From an uncultured Planctomycetota bacterium (GTDB lineage Bacteria > Planctomycetota > Planctomycetia > Isosphaerales > Isosphaeraceae), in the NCBI GenBank assembly GCA_963845755.1, contig CAWJTV010000028.1, positions 96,001 through 160,000 on the forward strand: a stretch of DNA of 64,000 nucleotides. Reading direction: 5' to 3'. The position numbers and the translations under genes are program-made. This document shows, piece by piece, positions 56,832 through 64,000 of the stretch. Numbering within the stretch: the first letter of the stretch is position 1; the number at the start of each line of letters is the position of its first letter. The notes beneath the pieces are model-generated. The model searched no databases. It was not told the origin of the DNA and worked only from the letters and a program-made list of their open reading frames with translations.

Positions 56832-57959
56832 TTAACTACGGAAGACGATCGCCGGATCGAGCGACGCCACCTTGCGGAATGACAGCGACGCGGCCCCCAG
56901 GCAAAGCCCCTGCGTCCCTACAAAAACCAGCGCGGCCAGAGTGGGGGAGACCGTCATTCTCATGTCGAGCCGCTCCAGGGCCGGCCCCAAGCCCAGTGCC
57001 AGCGCCAATGCCAGACCATAGCCCAATGCCGCGGCGAATGTGGCTTGCTCGGCGATGATCCCATAGACCGTAAGATTCCCACCCCCCAGCGCCTTGACCG
57101 TGCCGAATTCGGTCAGATGTTCGGTCGTCGAGGCATAAAGCGTCTGCGCCACGATGACGACGCCCACCAAGGCGCCCAGCGCCACCGTCAGGAAGAGGGT
57201 CAGTCCCAGCCCCGTGCTCTCGATCCAGTAGGCGCGCGACCGGGCCGCCCACTCGTCCTTCAAGTACACATCGTTATAGGGGAGGCGGTTGCGTATCTCG
57301 CGGCGGACCTGCGACACATCGGCACCCGGCTCGAGCCGGACGATGATGAATGTGGTCCGGCCGCCGAGCTCGTCGGGGGAGAGCGACTGGGCCAGCCGAT
57401 AGTCGAGGAACGCGATCGGGCTGGTCGTGAACGAAAGCGCCTGGCGGGTCCGGCCGATGATCTTGAGCCGGCGGCCCTGAAACTCGCGATACTCGCCGAC
57501 ACGAAACGCACCGAACCGCCGCTCGGCCGACGCGTCGAGCAATACGAATCGCCCGCGCCGGAGGTCGGCCGGATTGCCCGACTCGACGTCCCAAGGGAAG
57601 TGCCAGGCCGGGAAGTCTTCCAGCCCATAGTAGACCACCGACTCCTTCGCGCCGGTCGGCAGCGCGACGATCGCGTACCAGACGATCAGGTTGTCGGCTC
57701 TCGCCACCCCGGGAATCGATCGCACCCGTTGGACGTAGCCTTCGGGGAAGGGATTGCCAAAGTCAACGTTCGGTGCGTTTCGCGCCGTGATCCATAGGTC
57801 GGCGTCCAGCCGGTCGATGGTGATGCTTGCGTTCTCGAGCAGGCCGAAGAAGATCCCGACCTGGATCAGCACCAGCGCGGCGGCGAACCCGACGCCGAGC
57901 ACGGTCGCGGCGAATCGGGCCTTCTCGTCGAGCAGCATCTTGAGGGCCAGATCGATCAT
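56832..57959 (-). CDS. ABC transporter permease (MacB/FtsX, DevC-like)
   Basis: TM1, ADLWI periplasmic domain, QTLYAST..EFGTVKALG, three C-terminal TMs, LDPAIVFR. Confidence 0.9.
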   Translation of the reverse strand: MIDLALKMLLDEKARFAATVLGVGFAAALVLIQVGIFFGLLENASITIDRLDADLWITARNAPNVDFGNPFPEGYVQRVRSIPGVARADNLIVWYAIVALPTGAKESVVYYGLEDFPAWHFPWDVESGNPADLRRGRFVLLDASAERRFGAFRVGEYREFQGRRLKIIGRTRQALSFTTSPIAFLDYRLAQSLSPDELGGRTTFIIVRLEPGADVSQVRREIRNRLPYNDVYLKDEWAARSRAYWIESTGLGLTLFLTVALGALVGVVIVAQTLYASTTEHLTEFGTVKALGGGNLTVYGIIAEQATFAAALGYGLALALALGLGPALERLDMRMTVSPTLAALVFVGTQGLCLGAASLSFRKVASLDPAIVFRS

Positions 57960-58747
57960 CGATCGGCCTCCAGCGAGGCCGGATCGGGACCCGGTTCGAC
58001 AGGAACCAGCCGTGCCACGATCGCGTCGGGGAACCGGGCGAGCAGGAACATCAGGATCGCCATGGGCCAGGGGAAGCGAACGACCCCACCGCGACGTCGA
58101 GCGATCGTCCGGGCGATGCGCCGGGCGGCCTCGTCGGCCGACATGAGAAACGGCATCGCCGTGTTCATCGTGGTCATCGGCGTCTGGACGAAGCCCGGAC
58201 AGACGGTGGTCACCACGACACCCCGCGACCGCAAAGCGATCCGCAAGCCCTCCATATAGGCGTTCACCGCGGCCTTACTGGCGCAGTATGCCGACTCGCC
58301 GGGCAGGCCCTTGAACGCGGCCAGGCTGGAGATTGCGACGAGATGACCGCGACGTCGGGCCAGCATGCCGGGCAAGACGGCCTCGATCGAATAGATCACC
58401 CCCATCACGTTGACCCGGAAAGTCTTGTCAACATCGGCAATGTTCAAGGGATCGAGGTGGGTCGGCATGCCGTAGCCGGCATTGGCAACCATCACGTCGA
58501 TTGGCCCCAGCCGCCGCTCGACCGCAGCGATGGCGGCGCGCAGGGCCGGTCGGTCGCCGACGTCGGCAACATCGGTGACCGCCGTGCCGCCGGCCTGGAT
58601 GATCGCGAAGGCAGCCTGATCGAGTTCCTCGCGTCGGCGGGCGATCAGCCCAACGCGATAGCCCTCGGCTCCCAGCCGCAGAGCCAAGGCCCGGCCGATC
58701 CCGCTCGAGGCTCCCGTCACGATGGCAACTGGTCTTTCAGCCGGCAT
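57956..58747 (-). CDS. SDR family oxidoreductase
   Basis: TGASSGIG, ANAG, YCASK, PGFVQT; overlaps the permease start. Confidence 0.93.
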   Translation of the reverse strand: MPAERPVAIVTGASSGIGRALALRLGAEGYRVGLIARRREELDQAAFAIIQAGGTAVTDVADVGDRPALRAAIAAVERRLGPIDVMVANAGYGMPTHLDPLNIADVDKTFRVNVMGVIYSIEAVLPGMLARRRGHLVAISSLAAFKGLPGESAYCASKAAVNAYMEGLRIALRSRGVVVTTVCPGFVQTPMTTMNTAMPFLMSADEAARRIARTIARRRGGVVRFPWPMAILMFLLARFPDAIVARLVPVEPGPDPASLEADR

Positions 58748-58912
58748 CGAGGATCCCCCAGTTCCGGCTGCTAAATCTCACAAGTGAAGACGATGCTTCC
58801 CATCTGACTGAATTCTGTCCAGGTGTCTACCGTGGAGACACCGAGCCGACGAGCCGACGGATTCTGTTCGAATCGGAGAATCACCGACACAAGAAGAAAA
58901 CCGCACGAAACA

Positions 58913-59299
58913 TTAGCTCGGATGTCCACCAATCCGTGCCGCCAGGCGTTTCGGGGCGGCGAGGCGGTAGCTGTCCGTGACGAAATCCGTGACCTCTTGC
59001 CAATCGATCTCGCCAAGGTCCAGCCGCAGACCGACCCATCCCCTCGGCCCTATGTACGCCGGACTATAGAACCGCACCGCGTCCGAGGCCAGCAGGACTC
59101 TGTTCTCGCCTGGCTCGGTCCTGAAGCAGACGGAGACGATGCCGTCGCCGTGATGGTCGTTGAGGAAATAAGAGAACTTCTTGTCGCGCACACTGAATGA
59201 CGCATGGTCCCCTGTGCACACTCGGATCGCCTCGGGAAGGATCAGGCAGATCTCCGTCAAGCGGGTGAGTCGGCGATCCTCGGCAGACGTACGTGTCAT
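58913..59299 (-). CDS. MmcQ/YjbR family protein
   Basis: FSVRDKKF, PAYIGPRGWVGL, SYRLAAPKRL. Confidence 0.85.
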   Translation of the reverse strand: MTRTSAEDRRLTRLTEICLILPEAIRVCTGDHASFSVRDKKFSYFLNDHHGDGIVSVCFRTEPGENRVLLASDAVRFYSPAYIGPRGWVGLRLDLGEIDWQEVTDFVTDSYRLAAPKRLAARIGGHPS

Positions 59300-59407
59300 G
59301 GCGATTGACCTCGCGAGTTGCACCCGACGTACGGGAGGAAAGCAATAAGCGAGGGCCGGGCGCATGCGATCTCCACCCTCGCCCTCGGTGACTCAGTGCC
59401 GTGAGGG

Positions 59408-60653
59408 TCACGCCAGGTGCCGGTCCACCTCGGGCAAGAGCCTCGCGAAATCGAGCCGGTTGGGGCATGCGGCGCGGGCGGCTTCGAGGTCGGCGCCCGA
59501 CCAGTCACGAGCTTCTGCGGGCAACTCGGCGTAACGCCGGCGCGCCTCGGAGCGGTCGCCATGATGCTCGTGGTAAGTCAGGAACCGGGTCAGATTGCCC
59601 AGCTCGGCCTTGGTACCGGCCGCGACCGAGCATCGGCCGTCACAATCCGCGCAGAGCATCGAGCCGTGGGCCAGGGTGGCGTCGCGGAGCTGCTCGACAT
59701 CGGCCGCTTTGAGCGGCTCGAACCGTCGCGCGGCGTCCGTATTCTCACGGATGTGGTCGGTGTTGCGCATCGTGGTGCAGACCGCGCTGAGCCGCTCGTC
59801 GGACCAGATCGCGTGCAGCAGGCCCTGATACGGCGTCAACTTTCGTTCGACGAGCATGGGCACCTGGCGGACGACGTCATCGAGGATGTTCCCCTGGGGC
59901 TTGTCGCCCAGGAAGGTGCCGGCGATCTGCTTCATCGAGATCAGGCCGATCCCGCGCTGGTGCGCGGCGTCGATCGCCTTGTTGAGCGAAGAGTCCTTGT
60001 CAAGCCAGGGGCGATACTGGAGCATGATCGCGTCAACGAATCCTCCCTCGGCCGCCGCCTGGATCATCTGGGCGCGGTCCCTGTGGTGGGTCGAGATCCC
60101 CACGAGCCGGGCTTTGCCGGACTTCTTGGCTGCCTCCGACGCCTCCTTCAGCTCCTTGCTCTTGACCATCGCGATGGCCTCGTCGAGCGAGTGGTTGTCG
60201 CCGAAACTGTGGATGAAGAAGAGGTCGACGTAGTCGGTCCCCAGCGCGCGCGCACCGCTTCTCCAGCATCCCCATGAGCTGGGCCGGAGTCTTGGGTGCG
60301 TCCTTGGTGACGAGGAAAATCTGCTTGCGGACCGCGGAGTCCTGCTGGAACCACTTCTTGAAGGCAGCCTCGGAGTGGTAGGTCTCCGACGTGTCATAGG
60401 CCCGGACTCCACGCGCGAACGCGTAGCGGAGGAGCCTATCCACATCCGGTCCCTTGCCGGTCCCCTGGTCAAGGATCGTGATGTCGATGCCGGTCTTCCC
60501 CAGGGGCCGAGTCGGCAGAGTCGAACCCGAGGACTTCGCGGTGGCCTCCTGACCGTTGAGGCCGTGGGCTGTGCCCAGCGCCGAGGCCGTGGCCAGCGCC
60601 CCGGCCTGGAGGAAGGTGCGTCGATCGGTCCCGTTCGATGCGTCGTGGGCCAT
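59408..60653 (-). CDS. Aldo/keto reductase with twin-Arg leader and Cys-rich C-terminus (frameshift ~60250)
   Basis: DRRTFLQ, RPLGKTG, DTSETY, LGTDYVDLFFIH, GISTH, SMKQ, CADCDGRC..CP. Confidence 0.88.
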
Positions 60654-60763
60654 CGTTCTTGACTCCTCGTCGGGCGGTTCGAAGGTGGACACTCCCCGCC
60701 GTGGTGATGGGTGGAATCCCCGGAGGTCCTCGGATTATAACCCAGGATTCCCCGACTTTCGAC

Positions 60764-61975
60764 CTACACCGCGCGAAGGACCAGGCTGGTATTGCTCCCG
60801 CCGAAGCCGAACGAGTTGGAGAGAGCGACCCGCACCTTATGCGGGCGGGCCTCGTTGGCGACCAGGCAGAGGTCAACGTCGGGCTCGTCGAGATTGATCG
60901 TCGGCGGGATGGCCTGATGGCGCATCGCTGTTAGACAGGCGAGGGCCTCGAAAGCGCCGGCGGCGGTCAGCATGTGGCCCGTGAGGCTCTTGGTCGAGGA
61001 GACGGGGATCCTGGCGGCGTCATCGCCCAGCACGATGCGGAGAACGTTCGCCTCGGCAGCGTCACCGACCGGCGTTCCCGTCGCATGGGCATTGACATGG
61101 TCGACACTCTCGGGATCGAGGCGCGCATCGGCCAGGGCCTGGCGCACGGCGGCGACGGCGAACGCGGGATCGGGGCTCGGAATGACGTGGTGGTGCGCAT
61201 CGCTGCTCGAGCCGTAGCCGGCGACCTCGGCGTAGGCATCGGCCGAGCGTCAACGCGCACTTGCAGCTCGCTCCAGGACGAAGGCCACGCCCCCTTCGCC
61301 CAGTACGAATCCGTCGCGAGCCCGGTCGAAAGGACGAGATGCCCCGGCGGGGTCCGAGTTCCGTCGCGACAACGCCCGGAGATTCCCGAACGTCGCGAGC
61401 CCGATCGGCGTGACGGCCAGGTCACAGGCCCCCGCCACGCAGACATCCACTAGCCCGAGCCGCAACCAGGTGCGGCCCATTTCCAGAGCGTGATTGCCGC
61501 TGGCACACGCCGCGGACAGAGCAAGCACCGGTCCCGACAGTTCCAGCTCGTGCCGGAGTCGATCGATCGTGGATTTCGCGTCCTGCTCCGGGTCGTAGAT
61601 CCGCGTTCCCCCGCGGAAGTGATCGGTCTCCCAGTGGTACATCAGCTCTGCGCCCAATCCCAGCACCAGCCCGACTCGAGCTTCGCGACGAGTCTCCCAC
61701 AGTCCGGCGTCGCGGAGCGCCATCTCGAGGCACCAATGAGTAAGCTGGTCGAGCAGGCTCTTCGCCGCGAAGACCTCTGCCGTACAACTGGGAGGAACGG
61801 GGATTCTCCCGACCTGGGCGGCAATGCGGCTCGGATAGTCCTCGGTCGGAAAAGACGTCACCTCCGCCACGCCCGACCGACCAGCCAGTAGGTTCGATTC
61901 GATTTCCGCGAGCCCGCAACCGAGCGGCGTGGCCGACCCGATGCCCGTGATCCAGATGGGGTCATCCCGGTCCAT
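60764..61975 (-). CDS. fabF: Beta-ketoacyl-ACP synthase (FabF-like/type II KS; frameshift ~61250)
   Basis: AACASG (Cys), RPFDRARDGFVLGEG, NAHATGT, KSLTGH, SNSFGFGG. Confidence 0.88.
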
Positions 61976-61981
61976 CGCAGA

Positions 61982-62768
61982 TTACTCCCGGCCCTCGGAT
62001 CCCACCAACAGTTCGACCCGGAGCCCACCGGTCGAATCGGTCGCGATCGTTCGCGGCGAGGGACCATCCCGACCTTCGAGACTCGCGGCCAGGCCGACCA
62101 GATCGAAGGAGGCTGCCATGGGGACGCTCTCCATGCCGTTGACGACGCGGATCGACGTTCGAGCTGCTCTCGGTCACTCCCGGCGTCAATGCCAGCGCCA
62201 GCGCCTGGCATTCGCCGATCGCAGGCGTGTCGTGATTCCGCTCCGGGATCGGTTCCGGAGACCAACCGGTCAGGACCAGCCAGACCCCCGGCACGACGCC
62301 GGAGGCAAGCCAGGTCAAGGCCGCCAGTGTTCCCTCGGCCGGTGCCCGCGCCCGCCGTCGACGCCCAGGTTTGGCCCATGCGTCCCCAGTGCCAGACTGA
62401 TCGTCCCCGACGAGGAATGCAGGCGCATAGTGGGGAATCAGGTGGGGCGAGATTCCCCAGACACCCTCGGCGCGAAATGTCCGCAACGTCGCGGCCAGGT
62501 AAATGCGGCCCAGGAAGCGCGAGGCGGACACCACACCCCAGTCCTCGAACCGATCGGGGGAGCAGCCCATGGCCTCGATGGCCGTGAAGACCGCGGCGGT
62601 TCCGGCGACCGTCTGCTCGTCGGAGTAGCGCAGCAGCGACGGCATCGTGCGCCGCCAACCTTCCGGCACGGGGCCTGGCTTACGCCGCAAGCCGGGCACG
62701 TCGCGAGGTCTCACCTGGACCAGTCCCGAACCCGTCACCGATCCGTTGAGGAACCGCAAGGCCGGCAC
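61982..62768 (-). CDS. Degenerate ketosynthase N-domain / chain-length-factor-like protein (frameshifts)
   Basis: LRYSDEQT, GVVSASRFLG, SPHLIPHY-LHSSSGTISLALGTHGPNLGVDGG; no Cys where the KS active-site Cys would lie; ends approximate. Confidence 0.6.
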
Positions 62769-63097
62769 TTCACACTCGACGCGCCTCGCTCCTCCTTGAC
62801 TACCACCACGTGAATGGGCCTCCTTGCCGGAGCCAGGATCCGGCGATTCGCACCGATCGGGGAATCCCCAAGCCGCACGACGCAGACCGACCCAGTTGAT
62901 CTTCCCCGAATTCGCGGAATTGAGCTAGCTAGGTTTTCGCTTCTTTTCTATAGAATGATGTCAGTTCTCGGGTTCGACAACAGGAATTTAGACGCCAAAC
63001 TCGGCACTATCCTTTCCCGTCTTGCCCAGGCCGCCCGTATTCTCGACGACGAAACTATCAACTTCGTCGGGCCTTGCCGGCTCGTTGAGGTGCGTTC

Positions 63098-64000
63098 ATG
63101 ACCGCGACGTCGCCAATGGATCAGTTGGATCAAGCCCTTCGTCAGAACATGCTCGTGAGGATCATCGAGCAGTTCAGCGAACAGCATCCGGATTCGCACC
63201 TGAAGGATTTGGTCATCGACGAGGTGCGACCCGGCCGAGAGATTGTCATCCATGGCCGCCCTGTGATCAACTTCGGCTCGGACAGTTTCCTCGGACTGGA
63301 CCAGGACCCGAGGGTGCTGGAGGCGGTGCGGCGCGGGTTGAGGCGCTGGGGCTCGCATAATGGCTCATCGCGGGCGTTTTCCAGCGTGCGAGCCAATATC
63401 GAGGCCGAACGGAAGCTGGCCGAATGGCTAGGTGTCGAGTCCGTCCTGATCCTTCCGTCCGTAATGCTGGCGAATCTGGGGGCGATTCCCGGCCTGACCG
63501 GGCGGCAGGATGCGATCGCCATGGACGAGCAGGCGCACAGCTCGATGCAAGAAGCGGCCAAGATCGCGCGAGCCAACGGAACGAAGGTGGCTACCTTCGC
63601 GCACAGCGACCCGATGGCCCTACGGCAGACGCTCCGGGGTCTCCGCCCCTACCGCTGCGCCCTCGTTTGCATCGACGGTGTCTACAGCATGAGCGGCCGG
63701 ATCCCGCCAATGGCCGAGCTGGATGAAGTGGCGCGCGAACACAACGCCGTCCTTTATATCGACGACGCCCATGGCACCGGCGTCCTGGGAGAGCAGGGGC
63801 GAGGGACGGTGCTCGAGACCCTTGGTAGTTATGAGAACGCGTTCGTGGTCGGCTCGCTCTCCAAGGCGTTCTCGTGCGCCGGAGGCTTCATCGGCTGTCC
63901 GGAGTCGTTCTCCCGGCTACTCAAGATCCGTTGCACTCCGTATGTCTTCGGCGGACCGGTTGTCCCCTCGTTCCTGGAAGCAATCGCGACGGTCATCGAC
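63098..64000 (+). CDS. PLP-dependent alpha-oxoamine synthase (BioF/SPT/KBL family), truncated by window end
   Basis: Translated by hand (open to the end, so absent from the ORF track): NFGSDSFLGL, GSSR, AHSSM, DGVYSMSG, DDAHGTG, GSLSKAF. Confidence 0.9.
   Translation, partial: MTATSPMDQLDQALRQNMLVRIIEQFSEQHPDSHLKDLVIDEVRPGREIVIHGRPVINFGSDSFLGLDQDPRVLEAVRRGLRRWGSHNGSSRAFSSVRANIEAERKLAEWLGVESVLILPSVMLANLGAIPGLTGRQDAIAMDEQAHSSMQEAAKIARANGTKVATFAHSDPMALRQTLRGLRPYRCALVCIDGVYSMSGRIPPMAELDEVAREHNAVLYIDDAHGTGVLGEQGRGTVLETLGSYENAFVVGSLSKAFSCAGGFIGCPESFSRLLKIRCTPYVFGGPVVPSFLEAIATVID

Noticed and set aside
1..64000. CRISPR array, rRNA, prophage
   Set aside because: No regularly spaced repeats, cas, rRNA-like or phage genes seen.

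Overview
GC-rich bacterial DNA that looks like Planctomycetota, probably Isosphaeraceae. This is inferred from the DUF1559 prepilin-like genes, ASPIC/UnbV proteins and Uma2. Many genes, including ileS, are broken by single-base frameshifts, most likely uncorrected long-read errors, so I reconstructed genes across frames by eye and the breakpoints are approximate. Layout: (1) 1-7 kb: exbD end, a membrane protein, and a P1B-type ATPase fused to an HflK/SPFH domain followed by hflC and hflK. (2) 8-24.4 kb: two paralogous lipoprotein - DUF1559 - TPR/ASPIC-UnbV cassettes enclosing two membrane-anchored AlkP-superfamily enzymes and a TPR protein. (3) 24.6-35.2 kb: housekeeping genes (receiver protein, bshB1-like, purN, Uma2, ileS, PNP, oxidoreductase, tRNA-His). 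(4) 35.7-53.5 kb: a second instance of the DUF1559 neighbourhood, with a membrane/spermidine-synthase-like fusion, a GT-C-like protein, three more AlkP enzymes, a degraded IS, a TPR protein and a small membrane peptide. (5) 53.7-64 kb: a candidate lipid biosynthesis/export cluster (ketosynthase, CLF-like partner, alpha-oxoamine synthase, SDR, DevBCA-like exporter). The best candidate for an undescribed system is the DUF1559-associated module, whose five sulfatase-like enzymes all carry a Thr nucleophile motif and an LtaS/EptA-like architecture.
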